The notes: generated by a model not told the origin, from the letters alone. Counted from the stretch's first letter, positions 1-10,255 are shown. The stretch: 64,000 bases of DNA from an uncultured bacterium (GCA_963980225.1 CAXBYW010000003.1:32431-96430); one strand, 5' to 3'. Program-made: numbers and translations.

Positions 1-291
1 AAACACAAAGCTTATCGCTGCTGTGATCGCTATCGGTATAGGTAGATCTCCTGCCGCCAACGGTCTTTTTTTCTTAAAAGGATGTAACCTATCTGCCTTG
101 ATATCAACCAAGTCATTAAAGATATACACCCCACTAGACAATAGCGTAAAAGCCATCATGGCCAAGATTGTCTGCCAAAGCATTCCCGGGGCATATAAAA
201 GCCCAGAAAAAACCAAAGCTGCCATCAAAGCAAAATTCTTTAGCCACTGTCGCGGCCTGGTTGTCTTGAATAAAGCAATAAATATCTCCAT
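1..291 (-). CDS. UbiA-family prenyltransferase, decaprenyl-phosphate phosphoribosyltransferase type (5' part; runs off window start)
   Basis: Not in ORF track. Manual translation from ATG at 291: MEIFIALFKTTRPRQWLKNF...VYIFNDLVDIKADRLHPFKKKRPLAAG. RPxQWxKN and NDxxDxxxDxxHPxKxxRP are UbiA/DPPR-synthase motifs. Overlaps the end of the upstream gene. Confidence 0.85.
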   Translation of the reverse strand, partial: MEIFIALFKTTRPRQWLKNFALMAALVFSGLLYAPGMLWQTILAMMAFTLLSSGVYIFNDLVDIKADRLHPFKKKRPLAAGDLPIPIAITAAISFVF

Positions 292-1331
292 ATTAAAAAC
301 GCTGCCATTAATCCACCTAATCCTAACATTATTAAAAGCTTCTTTCTAGCATCTACTTGTAATGCCACCACCCCCAAGCCTAGGGTTGTCAGCCAATAAA
401 ATACTGCTACGCGTCTTTTTCCCCACCCCATTTTCATTAGTTTGTGGTGCAAATGACCCTTATCTCCCCAAACAGGAGACTTACCAGACAAGATCCGTCT
501 ACTAATTACATATATAGCATCAATCATAGGTATTCCTAAAACAACAATTAGTGTCCCAATCTTAGCTGTAGATAAAATAGACAAAACACCTAACAAAAGC
601 CCTGCCAAACTAGTTGCCGAATACCCAGGCATAATTTTTTGCGGAAAAAAACTAAACAAAGCCAGTCCAACAAAAGCCCCAGCCAAAGCAAAGGCTAAAA
701 TCGCCACCGGCCACTGGGCGATATCGGCATTGTAGTTTAATGAAATAAGCCCTACCGTTATGGCCGCAATTGCCACTACCCCACTAACCTGTCCGTCTAC
801 TCCCGAAGACCAATTGATGGCATTCATTAAAAAAGGAATCCAAAGTAAGGCAAATAAATCAGGCAAGACCCAGATCTCTCTTAAGCTTCCAAAAGCTGAA
901 AAAGAATATCTAGGCCAAGACAAATCAATTATTCCCCCAAATGGATTGGATACATAAGCAATACCTATACCAGAGGCCACTATGATCACGGCAGGTAAAA
1001 TATTTAGGATAACCCTCCAGTAGGGACTACTTCCTTTAATATCATCCCAAACACCAACTCCCAAGGTAACAAACATTGCTAAAAGAATAGCTACTATATG
1101 TTTATCTGGTTTGATCAGATAAAGTACTGCCACAGCTACAGCAATAAAGACTGCAACTCCACCACCTTTAGGGACGGGCGTCTTATGTATATGAGCAGGG
1201 TGTTTGCTTTTTTTAGGATCAATAACCCATCCCATTTTTTTAAACAACCAAATTATCAAAGGAATGATAACCAAACTTAAGGTCAACGAAATTAAAAAAG
1301 AAGATAAAATCAGTACTTCAATGGGTTTCAT
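240..1331 (-). CDS. MraY-like glycosyltransferase family 4 (WecA/TagO-type polyprenyl-phosphate HexNAc-1-P transferase)
   Basis: Polytopic membrane protein with HKTPVPKGGG, GVWDD, NAINWSSGVDG, PQKIMPG and DKGHLHHKL motifs. Confidence 0.85.
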   Translation of the reverse strand: MKPIEVLILSSFLISLTLSLVIIPLIIWLFKKMGWVIDPKKSKHPAHIHKTPVPKGGGVAVFIAVAVAVLYLIKPDKHIVAILLAMFVTLGVGVWDDIKGSSPYWRVILNILPAVIIVASGIGIAYVSNPFGGIIDLSWPRYSFSAFGSLREIWVLPDLFALLWIPFLMNAINWSSGVDGQVSGVVAIAAITVGLISLNYNADIAQWPVAILAFALAGAFVGLALFSFFPQKIMPGYSATSLAGLLLGVLSILSTAKIGTLIVVLGIPMIDAIYVISRRILSGKSPVWGDKGHLHHKLMKMGWGKRRVAVFYWLTTLGLGVVALQVDARKKLLIMLGLGGLMAAFLIWRYLLLYSRQPGRDSG

Positions 1332-1335
1332 GTTT

Positions 1336-1677
1336 TCAAATCATTAATCTTAAAACTTGAAAAAAACTAAGCAAATAAATCACCGTCAGGAAGAACCCTC
1401 CCCTGGCAAGTACAATACTGGCTCGAGCATCTTCTTTAGATAATCCTTTCGCTAGCCAAGCACATACACCTAACACCATCAGTACCACTCCTAAACTAGC
1501 ACCAAACCACACCTTACCAATTAACTGCTGTTCTCCCCAGGGTAAAGAATATAACCAAGGAATTTCTGGTGGAAGCTTCTTAAAAAGCCAAATAAAAATC
1601 CCCAATGTTAGTAAAACTAAAAAACCACCAGTAAAAATCCATCCACTGATACTATTTTGTTTTTCTTCCTTTTCCAT
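1336..1677 (-). CDS. Small membrane protein (about 3 TM), function unknown
   Basis: 113 aa, hydrophobic segments, LPPEIPWLYSLPWG loop, 4-nt gaps to both neighbours. Confidence 0.65.
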   Translation of the reverse strand: MEKEEKQNSISGWIFTGGFLVLLTLGIFIWLFKKLPPEIPWLYSLPWGEQQLIGKVWFGASLGVVLMVLGVCAWLAKGLSKEDARASIVLARGGFFLTVIYLLSFFQVLRLMI

Positions 1678-1681
1678 GCCC

Positions 1682-3160
1682 TTAATGTCTTAAATATATA
1701 CGAGCATCACTAATCTCTTCTACTAGGGCATAATTATCCACCAATATTCCTTCTAGTTGATCAAATCGTCTCTTTTCACTTGTCATTCTTACAATTATCC
1801 TAGGTTTCTCACTTAGTAAAAGTTCTGCTGTATGTTCAATCGCTTCAAAGTCAATTACATGGTAAGCCACGGTATACCTACCCACAGGTAAGGTGTCCGA
1901 CTCAAAATAAACAAATGGTTCATCTCCCCAGATAAAAATTCTCTCTCCAGGATCAGTCATATCTTTCAAGTAGGCCGCTAACTCTCTAGTTCTTTTTACT
2001 CTCCAATCAAAGCTGTCTGCATACTCATCATAACTTAGCCTTCCTCCAACCATCTTCACAAACTTACTATAGTAGCTAAATGTGGGGAAAAAATAAAACT
2101 TGTACTTAAAAATAGATAGAACAACTACAGCAAATACCATCACCGTCCACCACACTCGCTTAATCTTTTCTGCCGACATCCCAATTAGTAAACTTCCACT
2201 GGCTACCACTTGAAGTAAATAGTGAGGATAAGGCCTCTCCGACAACAATGCTCCAAACAAAGCAAACCAAGTCCAGGTCCAAACTAACTTGTACTTCCAG
2301 TTTAACTTCTTAGCCTTAAAGAAGAAAACTGCCATTATCAAAAACAAGATAAGACCCCTTATCGCCAACCCCGACTGGGTGGAAGCTCCACTCTTGGTAA
2401 TACTTCCCGTTCTCCAACTAGATAGGTAACCAATATTTTGTAAGAAAGCTGCTACCAAGTATTCTTGTCCTGCCCCCTTAAACCAGTAGTAAGCAAGACT
2501 TAAAACAATTGGAAATAAAAATCCCCCCAAGACAAGCCACCATCTTACTTGCTTAAGTGAAGCAAACATCTCTTTAAGGTTTTTGTTAGCCAGAACAATA
2601 AAGAAAAATCCTAATCCCAAAAACTCAAACAATGCCGGTACCTTAAATAAAAATGCCACAGAGAACATCATCCCAGCCAAAACATACTTCCACTTTGCTA
2701 TTTTTTTTGACCAACCATCTATCAACAGGCTTACTCCTAAAATAGTTGGCAAGATCATAAATATCTCAGCATTAGCAATGTTTCCTTCTATAACTGGAAG
2801 GGTAGTAAAAATCAAAAAACATACCAAACTTACTCTCTGCCACGTCTTTTTCTCTACTAATTTCTTAATTAATTTATCAAACACCACCAAAGTCACAGCC
2901 ATCCACACCAATAAAAGAGCCCTAAAGTATGCCACGCTATTGGTTAAGGCAGCCAGTAAGTATAAAAGTGGTGGCTTATTATCATGAATTTCTCTGTACC
3001 ACAAAAGTCCCTTCCTGAAACCGCTACCCATTACCAGGTATATACCTTCATCTCCATACCACCCCGGCTCAAAAATAGAAGGTATTCTTAAAAGACTTCC
3101 AAGAAGTATCAATACCACTAAAAGCTCATTTTTCCTAATCCACTCAATTACTCTTTTCAT
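1682..3160 (-). CDS. GT-C fold membrane glycosyltransferase (ArnT/PMT, GT39/GT83-like)
   Basis: WYGDEGIY after TM1, HDNKPPLLY, YPHYLLQ, many TM helices, soluble C-terminal domain. Confidence 0.75.
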   Translation of the reverse strand: MKRVIEWIRKNELLVVLILLGSLLRIPSIFEPGWYGDEGIYLVMGSGFRKGLLWYREIHDNKPPLLYLLAALTNSVAYFRALLLVWMAVTLVVFDKLIKKLVEKKTWQRVSLVCFLIFTTLPVIEGNIANAEIFMILPTILGVSLLIDGWSKKIAKWKYVLAGMMFSVAFLFKVPALFEFLGLGFFFIVLANKNLKEMFASLKQVRWWLVLGGFLFPIVLSLAYYWFKGAGQEYLVAAFLQNIGYLSSWRTGSITKSGASTQSGLAIRGLILFLIMAVFFFKAKKLNWKYKLVWTWTWFALFGALLSERPYPHYLLQVVASGSLLIGMSAEKIKRVWWTVMVFAVVVLSIFKYKFYFFPTFSYYSKFVKMVGGRLSYDEYADSFDWRVKRTRELAAYLKDMTDPGERIFIWGDEPFVYFESDTLPVGRYTVAYHVIDFEAIEHTAELLLSEKPRIIVRMTSEKRRFDQLEGILVDNYALVEEISDARIYLRH

Positions 3161-3205
3161 CTACACTCCATCATACCAAAATCTACACGATCTACGTGTG
3201 GTTAA

Positions 3206-4999
3206 ATGTATGCAGTGAAAAGTCAAAGCAACCTAACCAGAATTCTATTTTTAGCCAAACCTTTTTGGGGTAAGTTAATTGGTGTTTCCTTTATCATCTT
3301 GTTAATGTCTGGCATCAGTCAGATTTACCCTCTCATCACCCGCTCTCTGACCGACCTAATCACCGAAGGAAAAACAAACTTCCTTTTTTTTAAAAATACA
3401 ACCTTCGTCTCCCTTATCATCCTCACTTTAATCTTAAGAGTTCTAGGTTCCATTCTTAATCGACTTTCTTGGTACTCCAGCAATCTTCTTAAAACCAAAC
3501 TACTGCACCACTTAAGAGAGATCGCCTACAAACACTTACTCAAGCTATCAATTGGTTTTTATAACCAAAATCAGTCTGGTAAAACGATGAGTAAACTAAC
3601 TCGAGGTACAGGCAACATCACCGGTATCATCACCAACGTCGGCATGCATTTTTTACCCAACATGATCACAGCAATAATCTCTATCATAATCGTGTCTTCA
3701 ATTAACTTGCCGCTAGGTATTGCTTCCGTCAGTATGTTTATCCCGTTCTTCATCATTCGCCGACTTACTTTCAAAAAACTAGAAAAAGTAGAAAAGAAAA
3801 GCCAAAAAACTTGGGACAGAGAATACAGTCACTTTTGGGAAGTCCTTACTAACATACGTCTAGTCAAGGCATTTTCTGCAGAAAAAATTGAATTAAAAAA
3901 ATTCTACAGAACGGTCAAGAAGTTAATTGGTTTACGGACAAACATGGAAAAAATTCACAATAAAAACCAGCTGGCAGACATCACAATGGAAGTCTGGATG
4001 ACGGGTATTATTGCTTACTCATTTTACTTAGGATTAATAGGACACTTCACCATAGGCACCGTTATTTTAATGGTTCAATATACTAGAATGATCAGGCAAC
4101 CTCTCTGGAACCTGTCTTGGGTTTTCTGGGAAATGAAATTTGCTCAGATTGGTGTAAAAGACTATCTAAAGATATTAGACCAAAAAATAGATATTAAAGA
4201 AATAGGTTCGCCCATTGCTCCGACAAAAATAAAAGGGGATGTATCCTTTGATAACATCTGGTTTAAATATCCGGACAAAACCGGACAAAAAGTATTTGAA
4301 AACATCAGTTTCCAAGTGCAGTCCGGCCAGATCTTGGCTCTAGTTGGTAAATCTGGAGTAGGTAAGTCAACGATCGCTCATTTAATGGTAAGGTTCTTTG
4401 ACCCAGATCAAGGTCACATAAAAATAGACGATATTGATTTGCGAGACCTGCCATTAAAGTTTTTAAGGCAAAACATAGGTTTGGTAAGCCAAGATAGTCA
4501 CTTATTCGATACCACCATAGCAGAGAACTTAAGATACGGCTTGCCCTCTGCCACCATCAAGCAGATGAGGCAGGCATGCAAGGCGGCCAACGCGCTTGAG
4601 TTTATCAACAAACTACCCAAAAAACTAAACACGGTTATAGGTGAAAGAGGGGTCAGGCTTTCTGGTGGTCAAAAACAACGCCTTTCAATCGCCCGCACGA
4701 TTTTAAAAAATCCAAAGATCTTGATACTAGACGAAGCCACCTCGTCACTGGATTCCCACTCAGAAAAGCTCGTCCAAGATGCTCTGTGGAAATTAATTAA
4801 AGGTAGGACTGCCATCATTATTGCCCACCGCCTATCAACTATTCAAAGAGCCGATAAACTCCTTGTCTTAGATCACAAGAAAATAGCCGAGATAGGCAGC
4901 CATCAAGAACTTCTCGACAAAAAAGGACTCTACTACCAATTACACCAACTTCAGACTACCGAACCAGACAAATTAAAAAACTGGGATATCACAAGTTAA
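3206..4999 (+). CDS. ABC exporter, fused permease/ATPase (MsbA/MdlB-like)
   Basis: N-terminal TM domain, Walker A GKSGVGKS, signature LSGGQKQR, Walker B ILILDEAT, AHRLS. True start may be GTG at 3215. Confidence 0.92.
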   Translation: MYAVKSQSNLTRILFLAKPFWGKLIGVSFIILLMSGISQIYPLITRSLTDLITEGKTNFLFFKNTTFVSLIILTLILRVLGSILNRLSWYSSNLLKTKLLHHLREIAYKHLLKLSIGFYNQNQSGKTMSKLTRGTGNITGIITNVGMHFLPNMITAIISIIIVSSINLPLGIASVSMFIPFFIIRRLTFKKLEKVEKKSQKTWDREYSHFWEVLTNIRLVKAFSAEKIELKKFYRTVKKLIGLRTNMEKIHNKNQLADITMEVWMTGIIAYSFYLGLIGHFTIGTVILMVQYTRMIRQPLWNLSWVFWEMKFAQIGVKDYLKILDQKIDIKEIGSPIAPTKIKGDVSFDNIWFKYPDKTGQKVFENISFQVQSGQILALVGKSGVGKSTIAHLMVRFFDPDQGHIKIDDIDLRDLPLKFLRQNIGLVSQDSHLFDTTIAENLRYGLPSATIKQMRQACKAANALEFINKLPKKLNTVIGERGVRLSGGQKQRLSIARTILKNPKILILDEATSSLDSHSEKLVQDALWKLIKGRTAIIIAHRLSTIQRADKLLVLDHKKIAEIGSHQELLDKKGLYYQLHQLQTTEPDKLKNWDITS

Positions 5000-5004
5000 G
5001 TTTC

Positions 5005-6507
5005 TTAAACCTTTTCCGTCACTCTATACTCCAGGTACTTTCCAAGCATCAACCTAGTATGGGCATCAATCCCTGGTATTGCGGAAAAGAAAAAACCTAC
5101 CACGGGCAACAATATAAACTCGAAGGGAGACAACACTCTTCTCCACCAAGATAACCCCTCTACTTTTGGTCTAGCCTTTAAATCAACCACAATGATCGCC
5201 AGGAGGCTTACCAAGCTTAACGTAAGGATAGCCGATGCCACCTGAGGCAACGTCTTTCCAATCACTGTTCTAGAGAACTTATCGTTAAGTAATGGTGGTA
5301 GAGTAGCTCCTAAGGTAATAATAAACCAGTTTACTGGCCACAACATATGGTCTTCCAAAACCTTAAGAACCCTTATCGTCTTGTCCCAAAACGGAGCCTT
5401 CTCATCTAATATATATTTTTTAATAATATAGACATCATCACTTGCTCCCCAAGCCCATCTTTTTACTTGTTCATATGTATTAGTGAATGTGTTCCAGAAG
5501 CCATCAGCTTCTGCCGCATCAGCAAAAATGGGTAAGAATATTGGTTCTACCTCTACTTCTCCGTCAGTTGCAAAATAAGTTTTAAAGAAAATTCTATAGT
5601 CTTCTGGTATTACATCACTATCCCAGTATCCTACCTCATCCATTAACTTAAGACTCAAGGTGTAGGTCGAGAAGTTTATCAGCCTGTCAGGCCTCATTAA
5701 TGTACCCATATTAATTACACTGGCTATTCTGTTGAACACTCTCATTGGTGCAGGTATTTTTTCAATATTGTTATAGAACATAATTGCTCCTTGCCAAATG
5801 GTTCGATATTTCCTAGGACTGTCCAAAAACTTGTATGTTAGAGCTGCCACATGATTGGGGTGAAGTAAAACATCACAGTCAAGTGAAGAAATAGTCATCT
5901 TGTCCATCTCCCAATCTTTATGTTTCTTCATCTCCTTCAAAAAGGTCTTGGCACCCCAAGCAGCATTTGAAGACTTACCTACTACCTCTCCCTTTATATT
6001 CGCCGGATGGTAAGAAAAAATTAATTTAGCAAACTTTCCTTTAAACTTTTTTTCTAACAACTCTCTTCTTGTTTCATTTATCTCTTTTCCCGCTCTTTCC
6101 TCAAAGGCAATCACCGGTATTATCTGCTTAGAACTTAATGTCTGTGAAGCCAGAGCCTTCAGTGTTCTTTCTAGTGTTGTGCCAGGCTCCTTGTAAGTAG
6201 GGATGACAATAGTATGATAAACCCTTTTCCAGTCTTTAAAACCTTTAACATCTCCCATCCAGGAATACCTCTTATTAGCTTCGATTCTAAAGTGAGACAT
6301 TACTGCAAAAATAGCCATAGTTACCGATCGATACAACCAGTAAATATCAAAGATAATAATAAAATAAGCTAACCCCAAAGGCCACAAAAAAGATCCCCAA
6401 ACTGGGAAAGAAATTAAACTCCAGCTCACAAAGCCTGGTAGTATCTCCAGAGCCCTATGGCTTTTGTTAGGATATCTTTTTATTAACTTCCTAAACAGAA
6501 CAAACAT
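5005..6507 (-). CDS. Membrane-bound processive-type glycosyltransferase family 2
   Basis: IVIPTYKE, DCD (DxD), IPED and QVKRW (QxxRW) motifs with flanking TM helices. Confidence 0.8.
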   Translation of the reverse strand: MFVLFRKLIKRYPNKSHRALEILPGFVSWSLISFPVWGSFLWPLGLAYFIIIFDIYWLYRSVTMAIFAVMSHFRIEANKRYSWMGDVKGFKDWKRVYHTIVIPTYKEPGTTLERTLKALASQTLSSKQIIPVIAFEERAGKEINETRRELLEKKFKGKFAKLIFSYHPANIKGEVVGKSSNAAWGAKTFLKEMKKHKDWEMDKMTISSLDCDVLLHPNHVAALTYKFLDSPRKYRTIWQGAIMFYNNIEKIPAPMRVFNRIASVINMGTLMRPDRLINFSTYTLSLKLMDEVGYWDSDVIPEDYRIFFKTYFATDGEVEVEPIFLPIFADAAEADGFWNTFTNTYEQVKRWAWGASDDVYIIKKYILDEKAPFWDKTIRVLKVLEDHMLWPVNWFIITLGATLPPLLNDKFSRTVIGKTLPQVASAILTLSLVSLLAIIVVDLKARPKVEGLSWWRRVLSPFEFILLPVVGFFFSAIPGIDAHTRLMLGKYLEYRVTEKV

Positions 6508-7259
6508 AAGCTATTTTTAGTTGTTTGATTAATTAAACTGCTCAAACTAATACCTAAAGTACTAGCCATGAACTTAGCCGTTATTTTAACATTTTTAGGC
6601 TCATTTGTCTCTCCTCGCACTGGTTCAGGTGATAAATAAGGTGAATCAGTCTCTAAAACCAATCGATCTAAAGGAGTCTCTTTTAACATATCTCTAAGCA
6701 ATCCATTACTTTTGTATGTTATGTTTCCACAGAAACTTACATAGAATCCTTTTCTTAAAACATATTTTAAAAAATCCTTATCTCCACTCCAGCAATGAAA
6801 CTGTCCTCTAGGTAGTTCATCCATAGATTCAAAAACCTCAACAATCCCTTTCTCTGCCAATCTGTTATGAATTACTACGGGCAACTTAAGTTTAAGTGCT
6901 AATTCAAGCTGAGCTTTAAAAACTTCTTTTTCCAAAACAATATCTCTTTTATCCCAATAGTAATCCAGACCCACTTCACCAATCCCAACAATCTTTTTTT
7001 CTTTTTCAATTAATTCCTCTATCATCACAAGATCTCCTTTCCAGTCCTCAGATTTTCTAGCTTGTCCAGGGAAAATTCCAGCCAAACAAAATACATCATC
7101 ATACTTTTTAGTTATTTCAATAGCTCTTTTTAAATCAATCAGATTTTCAGTTGGTACAATAATTTTTTCGACTCCGGCATCCCTTGATCTTTTCAATACA
7201 TTGCCAATGTCTTTGTTAAGTTTGCCATTTGTCAAATGACAATGTGTGTCAATAAGCAT
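6483..7259 (-). CDS. tatD: TatD family deoxyribonuclease
   Basis: IDTHCH, GEVGLDY, IHNR, HCWSG, LETDSPY. Confidence 0.93.
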   Translation of the reverse strand: MLIDTHCHLTNGKLNKDIGNVLKRSRDAGVEKIIVPTENLIDLKRAIEITKKYDDVFCLAGIFPGQARKSEDWKGDLVMIEELIEKEKKIVGIGEVGLDYYWDKRDIVLEKEVFKAQLELALKLKLPVVIHNRLAEKGIVEVFESMDELPRGQFHCWSGDKDFLKYVLRKGFYVSFCGNITYKSNGLLRDMLKETPLDRLVLETDSPYLSPEPVRGETNEPKNVKITAKFMASTLGISLSSLINQTTKNSLCLFCLGS

Positions 7260-7280
7260 GATGTTAGTATAATAGATGTA
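7260..7280. promoter_or_regulatory. Bidirectional overlapping -10 boxes for tatD and the SDR gene
   Basis: TATAAT (+, 7268-7273) lies 7 nt before ATG 7281. TATACT (-, 7266-7271) lies 6 nt before the tatD ATG at 7259. Confidence 0.65.
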
Positions 7281-8120
7281 ATGCTTAATAAAACAATTTT
7301 AATTACTGGTGTGTCATCAGGTTTTGGTTTCCACACAGCCAAGCTTTTAGCTTTGTCTGGTTACAACGTCTATGGCACAGTACGTAAAAAAGAAGACTTA
7401 AAAGTTTTTTATGGACTACCAAAAGACATAAGACCTAAAACAATAATTTTAGATGTTACTTGGTCTCAAGAAAAAATAACTCAAGTAGTCGACAAAATCA
7501 TTGAAAAAACAAAGAAAATAGACTGTCTGATAAATAATGCTGGTTATGGTCACATGGGTTGCATTGGTAGCTTTACCATTGAAGAAGTTAGACAACAATT
7601 CGATGTCAATTTATTTGGCGCATTCAAAATGATTTTTACTGTGCTTCCCAGTATGAGGAAGCATAATCAGGGGTTAATCATAAACGTTAGTAGTATTTCT
7701 GGTTTTGTCACCACTGCTTTTTACGGGATATATTCCTCCTCTAAGTTTGCTCTAGAAGCCTTAACTCAATCTTTGCGGGCAGAAGAATCCATTTTCAATA
7801 TCAATGCAGTCTCGGTTAATCCTGGTTCGTTTAAAACCAACTTCTGGGAAAACACTCGCTATCCAAGTTGTAAACACTTAAGTCCTAAATCAAAAATTAG
7901 AGGACTAAATAACAAAATAAAAAAATTCATCTCACAACTTGATCGTTATCAGGGTCCAAATAAAGTTGCCATTCAAATAAAAAAAATCATTGAAATAACC
8001 AACCCAAAAAGAAACTATCTAGTAGGTTATGATGCCAGACTCCTCTATGCAGTCCATAGGCTTTTACCCACATCAATCCAAGATTGGTTAATTAAAAAGT
8101 TTGTTAAACGGCTGGCTTAA
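7281..8120 (+). CDS. Short-chain dehydrogenase/reductase (SDR)
   Basis: TGVSSGFG, NNAG, YSSSK catalytic motif. Start moved to ATG 7281 because the track start at 7236 overlaps tatD. Confidence 0.9.
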   Translation: MLNKTILITGVSSGFGFHTAKLLALSGYNVYGTVRKKEDLKVFYGLPKDIRPKTIILDVTWSQEKITQVVDKIIEKTKKIDCLINNAGYGHMGCIGSFTIEEVRQQFDVNLFGAFKMIFTVLPSMRKHNQGLIINVSSISGFVTTAFYGIYSSSKFALEALTQSLRAEESIFNINAVSVNPGSFKTNFWENTRYPSCKHLSPKSKIRGLNNKIKKFISQLDRYQGPNKVAIQIKKIIEITNPKRNYLVGYDARLLYAVHRLLPTSIQDWLIKKFVKRLA

Positions 8121-9528
8121 GTCTTTCAAATAGATTTGTACTCCTAACAACCTTTCCTTCCTTAAATTGCCTCAATATTTTTTCAGCCGTCTCTGGTACA
8201 AAAGGTTTAAGGTCAACTCCAATCTGTCTTATCTCGTTCACCAGGCCAATCAAAACCTCCTTCTTTTCTTCTCCATCAAGTTTCCAAACCTCTTTCTCAT
8301 TAATCAATTTATCAGCTTTTCTAACCCTGTCCCAAACCAACTCTAATGACTTATCAAACTCAAAACCCTCTAATTTCTCACTCACTTTTTTTGTCATCTT
8401 GTCCTGCCCAGGTCCAACTTCTAAAGAAACTCCTTCAGCCATTGCCGCCACTCTAGCTACTAAATTCCCCAAACCATTTACCAGGTCACTGGTATATGCC
8501 TCCTCAAACCTTTTCTCTGTGAAGTCGCTATCTTCAAATGGGGAAATTTTAGAAAGCAAAAAATATCTCAAGGCATCAGTGCCATATTTGTCTGTGTACT
8601 CAACTGGGTTCACCACATTCCCCACAGACTTACTCATTTTTTGCCCATCAGAAGTAATAAAACCATTAATTAAAATCTGCTTAGAAGTTACTAGTCCAGC
8701 CGCCATAAGCATTGCTTGCCACATGGCCGACTGTTGGCGTAAATTATCCTTGCCAGCAATCTGGGTTCCCGGCCACCACTTAGAAAAACTCTTCTCATTT
8801 TCTGGCCAACCTAAAGCAGATATGTAGTTTACTAAAGCATCAAACCAAACATAGGCAACCTGTGTTTCGTCTCCAGGAACCATCACTCCCCATGGCATTT
8901 TCTCTTTTAATCTGGAGATACTAAAATCCTTAAGACCAGATCCAACAAAGTTCTCAATCTCTTTTAGTCTATTAGAAGGAACAACAAAATCAGGATTTTC
9001 TTTGTAAAGTTTCAAAAGTGGCTTTTCAAAAGCCGAGAACTTAAAGAAGTAATTCTCTTCACTCCTAATCTCAAGCTTCTTTCCAGGATGGTCAGGGCAA
9101 AACCCATCTACTAAATCAGAATCTTGTTTTTCTAGCTCACACCCTACACAGTATTTAGCTTCATAGTTTTTTTTGTATATATATCCATTTTTATTCACTA
9201 TCTTCCAGAAATCCTGGGCTGCTTTTATGTGATTCTTATCAGTAGTTCTTATAAAGTTGTCATAAGACAGATTCAATGACTCCTTTAACTTACTAAACCT
9301 AGCAGCATACTTATCTACATATTCTTGTGGCTTCTTACCTGCTTCCAAAGCTTTTTGATAAATCTTCTGACCATGTTCATCCGTACCTGTATTAAAAAAT
9401 ACGTTATCTCCCAGCAATCTATGATATCTAGCTAAAACATCTGCCCTAACAATTTCCATAGCAAACCCAATGTGAGGGTCAGAGTTGACGTAAGGTAGGG
9501 TAGTTGTAATATAAAAATTTTGGCTCAT
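8104..9528 (-). CDS. metG: Methionine--tRNA ligase (short, no C-terminal dimerisation domain)
   Basis: PYVNSDPHIGF (HIGH-like), GTDEHG, CVGC...CPDH knuckle, YVWFDAL, KMSKS. Confidence 0.96.
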   Translation of the reverse strand: MSQNFYITTTLPYVNSDPHIGFAMEIVRADVLARYHRLLGDNVFFNTGTDEHGQKIYQKALEAGKKPQEYVDKYAARFSKLKESLNLSYDNFIRTTDKNHIKAAQDFWKIVNKNGYIYKKNYEAKYCVGCELEKQDSDLVDGFCPDHPGKKLEIRSEENYFFKFSAFEKPLLKLYKENPDFVVPSNRLKEIENFVGSGLKDFSISRLKEKMPWGVMVPGDETQVAYVWFDALVNYISALGWPENEKSFSKWWPGTQIAGKDNLRQQSAMWQAMLMAAGLVTSKQILINGFITSDGQKMSKSVGNVVNPVEYTDKYGTDALRYFLLSKISPFEDSDFTEKRFEEAYTSDLVNGLGNLVARVAAMAEGVSLEVGPGQDKMTKKVSEKLEGFEFDKSLELVWDRVRKADKLINEKEVWKLDGEEKKEVLIGLVNEIRQIGVDLKPFVPETAEKILRQFKEGKVVRSTNLFERLKPAV

Positions 9529-9535
9529 TACCTCA

Positions 9536-9901
9536 TTATAACGGCAAAATCTTTTTTATACCCTTCATAATTTTGCCACTAGTATCCTTTGCCCATTCAT
9601 CTGCCTTGATCCTCCTAATTATTTCCTGAAAACCAGGATTACTCAACGCCTCCGCTACAGTGGCAATTGTGGCAGAACTCACCTTAATATTATTTTTAAT
9701 ATTTTCATAACTTCTACCTTTGTCTAGATAAATTGCAATTCCCAGTCTTTTTAAAACAACTTCCTTCTCAGTTTCAGTTAGTAGGTCTTGCAAAATCATC
9801 TCTACCTCCTTAGGAGACTTAACCTCTGCCAACATTCCCAAGAACATATTTTTTAGTTGAAGGTTAAGGTTTTTATTTATCTTCTTTTTGGATAGCTGCA
9901 T
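9536..9901 (-). CDS. TrpR-related (YerC/YecD-like) HTH protein
   Basis: DLLTETE...KRLGIA.YL..G.SY..I.....VSSATIATV pattern of the Trp-repressor family. Confidence 0.8.
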   Translation of the reverse strand: MQLSKKKINKNLNLQLKNMFLGMLAEVKSPKEVEMILQDLLTETEKEVVLKRLGIAIYLDKGRSYENIKNNIKVSSATIATVAEALSNPGFQEIIRRIKADEWAKDTSGKIMKGIKKILPL

Positions 9902-9904
9902 GCT

Positions 9905-10255
9905 TTAATTGTTTAAAGAAATATATGTTTCAATACTACCAACCACCCCCAACAAAAGCAATAAATTAAGATAGTTTCCTAACCCCCAAACTCTTAGATA
10001 TATAAAGATCACCAATCCACTCGACCACAAAAAAGCTCGCCTAGCAGATAACGTCAATATACTTAGTAAAAACAATAAACCCAGATAGATTAACACTCCT
10101 GGCAGAAAATAACTTCTATAAAAAATTAAATCTCGCATATTTTCTGGATCAATAAACACAATCATTAACCCAATCAAAAGCCACACAAAAAAAGTTATAG
10201 CCACCAACAAACCATGACGTTTCTTGAGAGTCCTGCCCCTTTTCCTTATATCCAT
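9905..10255 (-). CDS. Hypothetical membrane protein (about 4 TM)
   Basis: 116 aa hydrophobic ORF with a -10 box upstream, 3 nt from the next gene. Confidence 0.65.
   Translation of the reverse strand: MDIRKRGRTLKKRHGLLVAITFFVWLLIGLMIVFIDPENMRDLIFYRSYFLPGVLIYLGLLFLLSILTLSARRAFLWSSGLVIFIYLRVWGLGNYLNLLLLLGVVGSIETYISLNN

Noticed and set aside
23-349. 108-aa + strand ORF at the window start
   Set aside because: Shadow of the minus-strand UbiA gene, which carries the recognisable motifs
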